Notes: generated by a model not told the origin, from the sequence alone. Shown: positions 20,446 through 29,531, counted from the stretch's first letter. The stretch: 64,000 nt of DNA from Bdellovibrionales bacterium (GCA_041690295.1 JAWLHR010000005.1:91542-155541); one strand, 5' to 3'. Program-made: numbers and translations.

Positions 20446-20461
20446 GAACTCTCCTTTCTCT

Positions 20462-20479
20462 AGTCAATCAAGATTGACT
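20462..20479. promoter_or_regulatory. Perfect palindrome AGTCAATC-AA-GATTGACT just upstream of the HNH RBS (operator-like)
   Basis: 8-bp perfect inverted repeat with a 2-bp spacer, 17 bp upstream of the start codon. Confidence 0.5.
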
Positions 20480-20652
20480 GTCTAAAGCTCCTTTTCTTTT
20501 CGCAATTTAATATTTCGTTTTTGTCGCGTAAATAAAAACAATTTCATTTAGCAATCCGGAATCCGGACAGAATTGTGAAAAGTTGGGATCGGAAATTTTC
20601 GATCTAACGTAAGCATGATTGATGACCTTTGATTGAGTGTTCCGATTCAATG

Positions 20653-20895
20653 GGCTGTTACGGTAAATGATCTTTGCACCTCGCTCGCGTCCGCCGATCG
20701 CGGAAAAAACTTCGGATTGCAAAAATTGAATTGATTTGTCATGGGGGTGTTTGCGGAATCCCGAGGGAAGTCACATTTCTTCCCGAAGGTTTACCCATGC
20801 GCGGGGTGAAAATTGATTGAAGTGCACGGTCTTGCTTCCGAAGGCTGAATTTTTCCTGAGAGAACTTTGTCAGACTGTGTGCAAAAGCGATACAG
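20653..20895. repeat. ~240-bp non-coding direct repeat, copy 2 (upstream of the HNH gene)
   Basis: Same orientation as copy 1 at 19056-19296. Confidence 0.95.
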
Positions 20896-20922
20896 GGATG
20901 ATTGGGCACCATACATGTTCGT

Positions 20923-21028
20923 GGCATCGCAAAAGAATTTCGTGAGGTGTGCGTCGCCAGCCAAAACTTCGTCCAAGGTGTGTTCGGGCTTCAGGCATCG
21001 CAAAAGAATTTCGTGAGGTGTGCGTCGC
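20923..21028. repeat. Two identical 35-bp repeats separated by 36 bp
   Basis: GGCATCGCAAAAGAATTTCGTGAGGTGTGCGTCGC at 20923-20957 and 20994-21028. Confidence 0.9.
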
Positions 21029-21051
21029 TGGTCTGCCTTTGGCGATCGGTC

Positions 21052-24000
21052 TTAACGCGAACCCACGGTGTGATTATTGTGGCAGCGGGTGAAGTCGTAT
21101 TGGGGCGAGGTCGCCTGGTCAGACAGATAACTCAATAACTTTTCAACCGGCAGTGGTTTGATTGATTGGGCCTTGATGTTGATCACGCCGCTCGCTTTTT
21201 CCAAAATGCCGCAAACATGCAGCAAGGGATGATAGATCAGAGTTAAACGAAACTGATCGTAAATATCCGGCGGCAAAACCACATTGATCAAACCGGATTC
21301 GTCTTCCAAGGTGAGAAAAGCGAAACCCTTCGCCGTGGGCGGGCGTTGTTGCAAGCTGAGGAGACCGGCCACGCGAACGGGCATGCCGTTGCGGAGGCTC
21401 GATAACCGGTGAGCTTTCGTGAACGGCGGCGAGTTGCGCACGCGCTGCCAATCCGACCAGCGCTCAAGGGCCGGCCGCAAAATTCCCAGCGGGTGACGAA
21501 CCAAAGAAAATCCTTGCGAGCGGTATTCGCGGTTCAGTTTTTCCCATTCATCTTCCACGGGTAGCAACTCCTCGTCCCGCTCTTCGGCGGTGGTGAAGAA
21601 TAAACTTTGCTCATCCAGGCTCAAAGCTTGAATTCGCCACAGGGCTTGGCGGGGCGGCAGACCCAACGATTCAAAAGCGTCCGCGGCGGCGAGCTGCATG
21701 AGCGTGCTTTTGGGCAACCGAGTCCGGCGGATCAAATCGCTTAAATCCTTGAACGGGCCGTTACGCTCGCGTTCCTCAACGGTTTCTTGGATGTGTTTTT
21801 CTTTTAAACCGTAGATGGCGCGAAAACCCGCGCGCACGCATTCGCCTTCGATCGTGTAATCGTATTCGGATTTCTGAATGTCGATGCCGAGAAACTTCAC
21901 CCCATGCCTTTGCGCGTCCATGATCAAAGCGCGGGGTGAATAAAAACCCATGGGCTGCGCGTTCAGAAGTCCTGTCACAAAGATTTCAGGATAATGGCAT
22001 TTGATATAGCAGCTGGTGTAGGTGATGAGCGCGAAACTCGCGGCATGACTTTCAGGAAAACCGTAAGAAGCGAAACCCACGATGGTTTGGTAAATCTGTT
22101 CGGCGTACTGCTGGGAGATACCGTGATCCAACATGCCGCTGATCAAACGCTGGCGCAAACCGAGCATGAGATCCTGTTTCTTCCAGCTCGAAGACATAAT
22201 TCGCCGAAGCTCGTCGGCTTCTCCCGGAGAAAATCCGCCCACCGTGGACGCGATCTGCATGATTTGCTCTTGAAAGATCGGAACTCCGCAGGTGCGCTCG
22301 AGAATCGGCTTCAAGTCTTCGTGGGCGTAGGTCACAGGTTCCAGCCCGTCGCGCCGGCGGATGAAGGGATGAATCATTCCGCCCTGGATCGGACCCGGCC
22401 GGATGATGGCCACCTCAATCACCAAGTCGTAAAAGTTTCGGGGCTTGAGCCGCGGCAGTAAAGACATCTGCGCGCGTGATTCGATTTGGAAAGTGCCCAC
22501 CGTGTCGGCGCGACCGATCATTTCGTATGTGGCCGGATCATCGGACGGAACATTGTAAAGATCGTAATGAACGCCGCGATGTTTTTTCAGCAACTCAAAA
22601 CATTTTTGCAGGGCGGTGAGCATGCCAAGTCCCAGAACGTCGATCTTCAGCATTTTCAAAATGTTCAGATCGTCTTTGTTCCATTGGATGACGTAGCGTT
22701 GGTCCATGGTGGCTTTTTCCACCGGCACGCATTCCATGATCGGCCGCTTGGCGATTAAAAAACCGCCGGGGTGAATGCCCAGATGCCGGGGAAAGCCCAC
22801 CAAGGCGCGGGCGATTTGCAGCCAGAGTTTGAAGGTCTTCTCATCGATTTTCCACTCCCGTGCTTTTTCAGGCGCGGACTCCAGGCGGGAGATGCCTTCG
22901 CGCCCCATGAACTTCACGGCTTCATCGATGGTCGGCAAAGGAATGCCCAGCACTTTGGCGGATTCGCGCAAAGCCATGCGCGAGCGATAGCAGATCACGT
23001 TGCACACCATGGCCGCGTGTTCGGAGCCGTACTTTTGATAAATGTACTGGATGACTTCCTCGCGCCGGCCGCTTTCGAAATCGATGTCGATATCGGGAGG
23101 CTCGCCGCGTTCTTTGGAAATGAAACGCTCGAACAGAAGTTGCACTTTGGTGGGATCGACGGCGGTGAGGCCGAGCGCGTAGCACACCACCGAATTGGCG
23201 GCCGAGCCGCGCCCTTGGTGTAAAATGCCCTCACGCACGGCGAACTGGCACACATCCCAAAGGGTTAAAAAATAATCCTCGAATCGCAGTTCGTGAATCA
23301 GCGCCAGTTCGTGTTCAACCATTTCGCGAACCTTCGGGCTGATGCCGTTCGGGAATCGCCATTTCAACCCTTGCTCGGTGAGCAGGCGAAGGTATTCATC
23401 AGCTTCCATTCCGGGCGGTCGCGCGGCCTCGGGGTATTCGTATCGCAGTTCTTTTAAAGAAAACTGAATGCGCCGGGCGATGTCGGCGGTTTTGTAAAGA
23501 AGGTCGGGTCGATCGGCCCAGATCTTCACCAACTCGGAAATGGGCTTCAAGTGACGTTCGCCATTGGTGATCAAACGGGTTTTCGCTTCCCGCAAGGTGC
23601 ATTTGTGCAAAATGCAAGTCAGCACATCGAGAACCGGTTTGCGCTCGGCCGCGTGCATGAACGGACGTTGAGTGGCGAAAAGTTCGAAACCATGTTGTTC
23701 TTCGAGAATCAAAGCCTGCCGGTAGTAGTGAAGGGATTCCCATGTGTAGTCTTTCCACACCGGCAGATAAAGACGGTCGTGGTAAATGTCACGCAATTGG
23801 TTCAGTAGCCCAGGCTCCCACGGCGGCAAAGCGAAGGCCATCAAGTCATCGCTGTAAAGAGCCAGGATATCCAAGGTGAGATTGGAAAAACCTTTTTCGC
23901 TATTCCGTTTGCTCTCGGTGATGATCCGGCAAAGATTGGTGTAGCCGTCTTTGTTGAGGGGGATCAGCGCCACGGAAGTTTTATTGGCCAGTTGCATCTC

Positions 24001-24306
24001 GGCGCCGCAGTAAAAATGAAAGGGCCGGTTGGATATTTTATGCGCCAGAAATTCGGAAGGATACTCGATCGCCTGAAAAGCGCGGACAACTCCATAAAGG
24101 CCATTGAGATCGCAAAGAGCCAGGCCTTCATAACCTAGCTCCTTGGCCTGCAAAACCATTTCTTCGGGATGGGATGCGCCCTGCAGAAAAGAAAAATTGG
24201 ATCGGGCGAGCAATTCAACAAAAGGATGCTCCCGGTCGGCGCTGACCGGTGCATCGCGCTTAATCGAAATAACCGTGGAGGTAATATTGGTTTTCGATCC
24301 GGTCAT
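21052..24306 (-). CDS. dnaE2: Error-prone DNA polymerase DnaE2 (ImuC)
   Basis: SNFSFLQGASHPEE, GRGSAANS, EPPDIDIDF, GFPESHAASFA, QRPPTAKGFAFLTLEDE; start position uncertain. Confidence 0.96.
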   Translation of the reverse strand: MTGSKTNITSTVISIKRDAPVSADREHPFVELLARSNFSFLQGASHPEEMVLQAKELGYEGLALCDLNGLYGVVRAFQAIEYPSEFLAHKISNRPFHFYCGAEMQLANKTSVALIPLNKDGYTNLCRIITESKRNSEKGFSNLTLDILALYSDDLMAFALPPWEPGLLNQLRDIYHDRLYLPVWKDYTWESLHYYRQALILEEQHGFELFATQRPFMHAAERKPVLDVLTCILHKCTLREAKTRLITNGERHLKPISELVKIWADRPDLLYKTADIARRIQFSLKELRYEYPEAARPPGMEADEYLRLLTEQGLKWRFPNGISPKVREMVEHELALIHELRFEDYFLTLWDVCQFAVREGILHQGRGSAANSVVCYALGLTAVDPTKVQLLFERFISKERGEPPDIDIDFESGRREEVIQYIYQKYGSEHAAMVCNVICYRSRMALRESAKVLGIPLPTIDEAVKFMGREGISRLESAPEKAREWKIDEKTFKLWLQIARALVGFPRHLGIHPGGFLIAKRPIMECVPVEKATMDQRYVIQWNKDDLNILKMLKIDVLGLGMLTALQKCFELLKKHRGVHYDLYNVPSDDPATYEMIGRADTVGTFQIESRAQMSLLPRLKPRNFYDLVIEVAIIRPGPIQGGMIHPFIRRRDGLEPVTYAHEDLKPILERTCGVPIFQEQIMQIASTVGGFSPGEADELRRIMSSSWKKQDLMLGLRQRLISGMLDHGISQQYAEQIYQTIVGFASYGFPESHAASFALITYTSCYIKCHYPEIFVTGLLNAQPMGFYSPRALIMDAQRHGVKFLGIDIQKSEYDYTIEGECVRAGFRAIYGLKEKHIQETVEERERNGPFKDLSDLIRRTRLPKSTLMQLAAADAFESLGLPPRQALWRIQALSLDEQSLFFTTAEERDEELLPVEDEWEKLNREYRSQGFSLVRHPLGILRPALERWSDWQRVRNSPPFTKAHRLSSLRNGMPVRVAGLLSLQQRPPTAKGFAFLTLEDESGLINVVLPPDIYDQFRLTLIYHPLLHVCGILEKASGVINIKAQSIKPLPVEKLLSYLSDQATSPQYDFTRCHNNHTVGSR

Positions 24307-25570
24307 AAAAGATCCACAGGAATTCCTGTTTGGGTGAAATGGCGAAGTAATAATCCCGTCCGCGCGAACTTTCCCACCAGCTGTCTTCAAGGCGTTCGAT
24401 CGGTTGGGAGCTTAAAAACTGCAGACGGTCCAACTCCGTTTTGGAAAGCGCGCGCGGTTTCTTTAATAAACGCGACGGGCGCGGTGATTGGTTTAAAGCC
24501 GCGCTGTAAGCCGGACGGATTTGAAAGCTTTGGCCTTCGACTTCCACGGAGTCTTCGATGGGTTCGTAATCCTCGAATTCCGGCGTGACCCGCCAACCGT
24601 CTTCGGGCCAGATTTCATCTTGCGGGCGTAAGAACCCCGTGGTCAGCCGGGCCTGATGAAAAACGCTCACCAGCTGTTCCATTTTCTCGCGATCACTGAC
24701 TCTCGGCTCGAAAAAGGAAAGCTGGTGAATTTTTTCTGGACAGGGCACGACTTCGACTTCGATTTGTTTGATCGGGTTGTCCAAGTTCACATCGGCCAGC
24801 TTGTTTTCCAATAACTTCATGAAAAGTTCCTGATTGCGATTGGGTGAGGCCGGCTCCAATTCGATCACGTGCACTTTTTCCGAGTATTCGCAGAACAAAT
24901 TAATGATCATCCGGCGGGCGTACTCGCCCCGTCCTTGCAAGCGGGCGAAAAGCCGCTTCACGCTCTGCTCAAGGCAATGGAGAAGGAAGGGGAGCAGGGA
25001 GACGGGAAAATCCAGATAAACATAGTCTTGAACCGCTTCGGTGGGGAGCAATGGGGAGATCACTTGTTTGTCGAGGCCGTGCAGGCGTTTCCACACCAGC
25101 GTTCCGGTTTCCTTCCAGCGTTCGCGGAAGGAGTCGATCTGAAATTTACGGATCTGATTCAGTCTGTGAATGCCGATGCCATGGAAAAAGTCGATGATGT
25201 TCTCGATTTCCTGGCTGGAGCGCCAAGCGATCAGGCCTTCCAGCTGATGCAGGCGGGACAAAGGCGCTTGGCTGAGATCATTAATCTCATGGGCGGGCAG
25301 GGAAATGGCGCCGGGTTTTTCATTGGCCAGAACCTGGGCGCCCCACGGCGAATCGGAAATGGCCGCCACGGTCTCGGGGAAAAACTCCTTCGAGACCTGC
25401 ACGGCTTCGTTCATGAGATTTTGTTCGCCGCCGAAAAGCTTCGCGGTGGATGTGATATCGAGAAACACCAGCCCCGGCGCGCGATAATGCACGCGAGGGC
25501 TGAAGGTGAGAAAATTCTCAGCGACAGAGGGCGCGGCGTCCCGCTGCAAGCAGAGGCAAAGTGTCCGCAT
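24260..25570 (-). CDS. imuB: ImuB (inactive Y-family polymerase)
   Basis: FSPRV, VFLDIT, C-terminal ERLEDSWW...RDYY...LWIFYD...YYLHGYFD; position in the cassette. Confidence 0.9.
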   Translation of the reverse strand: MRTLCLCLQRDAAPSVAENFLTFSPRVHYRAPGLVFLDITSTAKLFGGEQNLMNEAVQVSKEFFPETVAAISDSPWGAQVLANEKPGAISLPAHEINDLSQAPLSRLHQLEGLIAWRSSQEIENIIDFFHGIGIHRLNQIRKFQIDSFRERWKETGTLVWKRLHGLDKQVISPLLPTEAVQDYVYLDFPVSLLPFLLHCLEQSVKRLFARLQGRGEYARRMIINLFCEYSEKVHVIELEPASPNRNQELFMKLLENKLADVNLDNPIKQIEVEVVPCPEKIHQLSFFEPRVSDREKMEQLVSVFHQARLTTGFLRPQDEIWPEDGWRVTPEFEDYEPIEDSVEVEGQSFQIRPAYSAALNQSPRPSRLLKKPRALSKTELDRLQFLSSQPIERLEDSWWESSRGRDYYFAISPKQEFLWIFYDRIENQYYLHGYFD

Positions 25571-26195
25571 AGAGGTCACTCCTTTCCAGTGTGGTTGGGG
25601 TTGGTCGATGCAAGGCGCGAATCACGCACACTTCTTTTTTCTGAAAATGAAGCACCAGCGAGTAAAATGAACTGAGACGCTGGGGAGTTTTTCGGCTGAA
25701 TAAAACCAAAGAGGTTTGAAAGCGCGAAGCCTGGCTTTTTAATTTTAAAATATGATGATCCTTCGGCGCCCATTCGCCTAAATCACAACCGATCAGTTCG
25801 AATAAACTTAAGGACATGAGTTCCTGTAAGACCCAAAGCCTTTGCCGCTCATCATGGGGAGGGGAGACATAAAGAAAACGACTCAAGTCCACGCCGCGCG
25901 CGCGTAAACTCCATGCGGTCAAAGAGGTTGCGGAATCATTCACCCACGCCGCCCATTGTCCGTGCCCGGTCACCAAAGCCGCGCTCCGTAACCAAAGCGA
26001 AGTGGCGCCGCCGGCCTCGGTGAGCATCAGGGAAACGGAGCTTTTGGGAAAGCCATGCCATAGTAAAAATCGATCCAGTTTATTCCAGCCGGTGGGCACT
26101 CCCGGCGGCGGTTGGACCTGTTCACTGGAAAGCAATCGGGGTCCAAGTTCACGCTTAAGTTTATTTATTTGCTCCACACTCGCGAGCGTCGCCAT
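25518..26195 (-). CDS. imuA: ImuA (RecA-like with degenerate Walker A)
   Basis: VPTGWNKLDRFL..GFP, AAWV, RGVDLSR; lies between lexA and imuB. Confidence 0.85.
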   Translation of the reverse strand: MATLASVEQINKLKRELGPRLLSSEQVQPPPGVPTGWNKLDRFLLWHGFPKSSVSLMLTEAGGATSLWLRSAALVTGHGQWAAWVNDSATSLTAWSLRARGVDLSRFLYVSPPHDERQRLWVLQELMSLSLFELIGCDLGEWAPKDHHILKLKSQASRFQTSLVLFSRKTPQRLSSFYSLVLHFQKKEVCVIRALHRPTPTTLERSDLYADTLPLLAAGRRALCR

Positions 26196-26253
26196 GGATA
26201 CACCTCGGCCCGAAAGCGATTTTCCAGGCCTGACTTCAAAAGAACTCGCCGCT

Positions 26254-27060
26254 TTAAAAACGGCGCATTAAGCCCACGACAATACCTTGGATATCGACTT
26301 CATAAGGCGCGTACCACAATGATTTCATAGTGGCATTGGCCGGCCTCAACTCCACTTGTTGTTGTGGTGAAGGCGGGTGTTGTGCATGACTCTGTGGATT
26401 CCTGTGGATATCGGGGGATGTCGGGGGGGTTCTATGTAAATAAAATTTTTTTACGGTGGCTTGGTTGTTGATCATGGCCACCACGGTCTCGCCGTTATTC
26501 GCGTAAGTTTGTTTCTGCACCAGAATCACATCACCGTCGAGAATGCCGTCTTCAATCATTGATTGGCCTTGCACGATCAAGGCGTAGGTTTTTCCCGGAT
26601 GCCGGACCATGGTGGAGGGCACGTCGATGGTTTCATCATTCATGAAGGCTTCGATCGGGGAACCCGCGGCCACCCGCCCTAAAAGGGGCAAAGAAAGGAC
26701 TTCCGCCGCCGGAGAAGACGTAAGCGGCGAAAGTCCCTTCCTTGAAGTGGGAAATGGGTTTGGGTTTTTGGGAAACCCTGCGGAAGCGCTTATTCGCTCC
26801 TGCAGAGAATTTGGAACCGATTGTGAAGAATTTAAAACCTGCAGCGCCCGTTTCTGATTGCCGCCGGGGAAATAGATGTAATTCTTGTCCTGCAGTTGCT
26901 TGAGATATCTTTGTACGGAATTGAAAGAGGCGAATCCGAAATGGTCCCGGATCTCCTGAAAGGTGGGCGCGACTTTGTTTTCCTCAATGAAAGTTTCGAT
27001 GAACTCGAGAACTTTGAGTTCTTTAAGACTCAGCGGTTTTGGTTTCTTCCGAGGGGGCAT
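26254..27060 (-). CDS. lexA: SOS repressor LexA
   Basis: wHTH (PTFQEIRDHFGFAS.NSV), GRVAAG cleavage site, GQSM (Ser), ATVKK (Lys). Confidence 0.96.
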   Translation of the reverse strand: MPPRKKPKPLSLKELKVLEFIETFIEENKVAPTFQEIRDHFGFASFNSVQRYLKQLQDKNYIYFPGGNQKRALQVLNSSQSVPNSLQERISASAGFPKNPNPFPTSRKGLSPLTSSPAAEVLSLPLLGRVAAGSPIEAFMNDETIDVPSTMVRHPGKTYALIVQGQSMIEDGILDGDVILVQKQTYANNGETVVAMINNQATVKKFYLHRTPPTSPDIHRNPQSHAQHPPSPQQQVELRPANATMKSLWYAPYEVDIQGIVVGLMRRF

Positions 27061-27082
27061 TTGTCCTCCGCGCCTACAATAA

Positions 27083-27126
27083 CTTACTTCATGTGTAAGA
27101 ATATGTGTAAGTTATGTGTAAGTCAA
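27083..27126 (-). promoter_or_regulatory. Sigma70 promoter of lexA overlaid by a putative LexA operator (3x ATGTGTAAG)
   Basis: Minus strand TTGACT (27121-27126)-N17-TATTCT (27098-27103); repeats at 27091, 27103 and 27114; inverted CTTAC-N7-GTAAG at 27083-27099. Confidence 0.7.
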
Positions 27127-27213
27127 GAGGGTGGACCAGGGTCGGGTTTTTTTGTTTCAAAACGAAACAAACCCCTTTAGACTATCTATATAAAAGCCGA
27201 TCGAAATATTGGG

Positions 27214-28776
27214 ATGCGCATCAACCAACGCGGGTTTTCATTAGTCGAGATACTGGTTGTGACGGCCATGATCATGGGGCTGGTGTTAGCATTGAGCCAT
27301 TTCCAAGACGGAATGGTCAATTCCTCCAGCAACGACCTTCAACGCGCCTGTGAAGTCCACGCCCGCTCGGTCATAGATGTTGTGAGCGAGGAAACTCTCT
27401 ACCGGCAATTCATCAACTACATGCCGATCTCCGCCAACCGTACGCCGCCCGGGAATGCTTTCACCGCCACACGGGCGGTTCCCTCGGCCGGCGACTATTT
27501 CTCTGAATCAGGAATGACTTACATGATCTCCACCGCTCCAACGGATACGCAAGATGGTGTGAACGGCGGCAATGGCGTGACCCTTCGCTCACATAAATTG
27601 ATCCAAGGTACGCTCCGTACGCTCGCCGTCATCTACAATGACAACGCGGGGATTCGCTGCCAGTTCGGCGACTACGCGCCACTGACCGGACTTGCGCCGC
27701 CGGAATATCTGGAAAGGTATGCACCTCAAGTTCAAGTGCAAATACGCCCGTACAATTCACTCACCGGAGCCAGTGTTTGCGGCGCGACTGTCGATCCGCG
27801 GCCAAGTAGCATTTTCCCCAACAATTCATGGGCGAGCGCCTTCGCCACCGGTTCGGGGGGGCATGCACCTCCAAGCAATCGCGAGGCCTATTCCAAGGCC
27901 GGGTCTCACCCGCAACCGCCGAACTTTAACGCCAACACGCGTATCGCCAACTCATCAACCGCGACCGGCGACGTTGGCATTGAACTCGTCGTTCAGGTGA
28001 ACTACACGGTCAATGGTGCGACCAAACGCTGTTTGGCTTCGCGAAAATTTGAGTACCCGGCGGATAGTTCTTTTCCTCCGCCACCGGATGTGGCCCGAGT
28101 GTCGGCCAACACCACTTGGCCGAATCCCGGAGATTGCAATACGAACCCGCCGGCGAATAGAAACGCGTCACTGCAAATGGGTTATCAAACAGGCACTCCG
28201 CCCCGAGGTTTTCAACTTATTTGCCGCGACTTGAGCTGGCAGGAGAATTGGCAACCCAATCCGGCGCCGGCCTATCCAAATGAAGTTTGTATACGTAACG
28301 GGGCCGTCGCGCCAAACCATTACGCCTATGGACCGGATCCGGCGCTGCAATCTTTTCCTCGGGATAATCGTTGGGTGCCGTGCGATCAATTGCGGCAATG
28401 TGGAGTGTCCCCGAGTTCGGTCAATTACAGCCAATCGCAAGCGAACACATCCGCGGGTCCGCACATTCTCACTTTGAACTATGTGAATCTTCCCTATGGA
28501 TGCGTCATGAATTTCGAAGTGGTGTCCGTTTCTCCGTCCGGAAATATGTCCATCGCCAGCCCGGCCAGCGGACCGACCTCGCCCGGAAACAGGGTTTTCT
28601 TGGAAGACGCCGCTCCGGGAATCATGAACCAGGCCCGGATCTGGCGCGCGACGTGCGGCGGAGCCGCCCAGTGTTGGGATGAATGGGGCTATTTCGGTTC
28701 TTACTTTTACTACACTTGCCGCATTGGCGGATGCTGTGTCGGTGCCGGATGTTCACCGTATGTCGGCCCGTTCTAA
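27214..28776 (+). CDS. Large prepilin-type (class III signal) protein with Cys-rich C-terminus
   Basis: QRG|FSLVEILVV with Glu5; Asn/Pro/Gly-rich body and many Cys. Confidence 0.85.
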   Translation: MRINQRGFSLVEILVVTAMIMGLVLALSHFQDGMVNSSSNDLQRACEVHARSVIDVVSEETLYRQFINYMPISANRTPPGNAFTATRAVPSAGDYFSESGMTYMISTAPTDTQDGVNGGNGVTLRSHKLIQGTLRTLAVIYNDNAGIRCQFGDYAPLTGLAPPEYLERYAPQVQVQIRPYNSLTGASVCGATVDPRPSSIFPNNSWASAFATGSGGHAPPSNREAYSKAGSHPQPPNFNANTRIANSSTATGDVGIELVVQVNYTVNGATKRCLASRKFEYPADSSFPPPPDVARVSANTTWPNPGDCNTNPPANRNASLQMGYQTGTPPRGFQLICRDLSWQENWQPNPAPAYPNEVCIRNGAVAPNHYAYGPDPALQSFPRDNRWVPCDQLRQCGVSPSSVNYSQSQANTSAGPHILTLNYVNLPYGCVMNFEVVSVSPSGNMSIASPASGPTSPGNRVFLEDAAPGIMNQARIWRATCGGAAQCWDEWGYFGSYFYYTCRIGGCCVGAGCSPYVGPF

Positions 28777-28781
28777 TCTGA

Positions 28782-29531
28782 CTATTTAGTGATGATTCCC
28801 ACCATTTGAGTCGACCAATCCTCGGGATTGGGACAACCATTAAAATTCAGGCAAGCCCGTAACAAAATACAATCGAGATTTTGCGCGGGCGGGTTCGTGC
28901 ATCGTTTGCAAGTTTCATTGCCGACGGTGGCGGCCGTACATGTGACATTGTCAATTGTGTTATTGGGCGCTCCGGCCAGTGTGGGCAAATGGGCCCCCGC
29001 CGCGGTTTGCGCCACTAACAAATTGTGCAAACCCCCAAGCAATTTTTTACGATAATGATTGGCGAAAAACTCTCTCTCTCGCCATGTCTGGACGACGACG
29101 AACTTCCAATAACGATAAGGATCTTTTTCCACCTCGATATTCAATGAGCTGACTTGCAAGCCATTGGGCTCTCCCACACAAAGGCGTAAGGGAACGGCGT
29201 CATTGGGCGACGATAGCGGGTGACGAATGCATTTTTCATCGGTGACTCCGGGACGCCAGCAGAATCGGGCGGGCTGTTCTTGTGTGAATGGAGCCGGGCA
29301 TCCGCCTGGTTGATTGCTTTGCCATCGTTCATGCGCTTTTTGCGCGAGCAAAGCGAAATCCTGCAGCACCTGGAGACTCAAGTTGCGGATCTTATGGCGC
29401 TGAAGCTGCCTGACGAAGTTTTCATGATGAAACCGGATTCCGGCGACGAGGCCGCCCAGAACAACCGCCACAACAAGAACCAACAAAATAAGCGTTGAAC
29501 CTCGATTTCCCATTTTGCCCTTTTCGATCAT
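28782..29531 (-). CDS. Minor pilin, PilX/GspK-like (no Glu5)
   Basis: NRG|STLILLVLVV; Cys-rich C-terminus; ATGA-coupled to the upstream pilin gene. Confidence 0.7.
   Translation of the reverse strand: MIEKGKMGNRGSTLILLVLVVAVVLGGLVAGIRFHHENFVRQLQRHKIRNLSLQVLQDFALLAQKAHERWQSNQPGGCPAPFTQEQPARFCWRPGVTDEKCIRHPLSSPNDAVPLRLCVGEPNGLQVSSLNIEVEKDPYRYWKFVVVQTWREREFFANHYRKKLLGGLHNLLVAQTAAGAHLPTLAGAPNNTIDNVTCTAATVGNETCKRCTNPPAQNLDCILLRACLNFNGCPNPEDWSTQMVGIITK

Noticed and set aside
20923..21028. Calling this a bona fide CRISPR array
   Set aside because: Only two repeats, the spacer partly resembles the repeat, and there are no cas genes or leader in the window; kept as a repeat and a hypothesis only
20739..21138. 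Short ORFs (62-78 aa) over repeat copy 2 and the mini-array
   Set aside because: No RBS or recognisable motifs; they overlap one another in different frames
24869..25675. 268-aa plus-strand ORF, and similar long antisense ORFs such as 42591-43313 and 38168-38791
   Set aside because: Fully antisense to well-supported genes (imuB, aroB, gmd); typical shadow ORFs of GC-rich coding DNA
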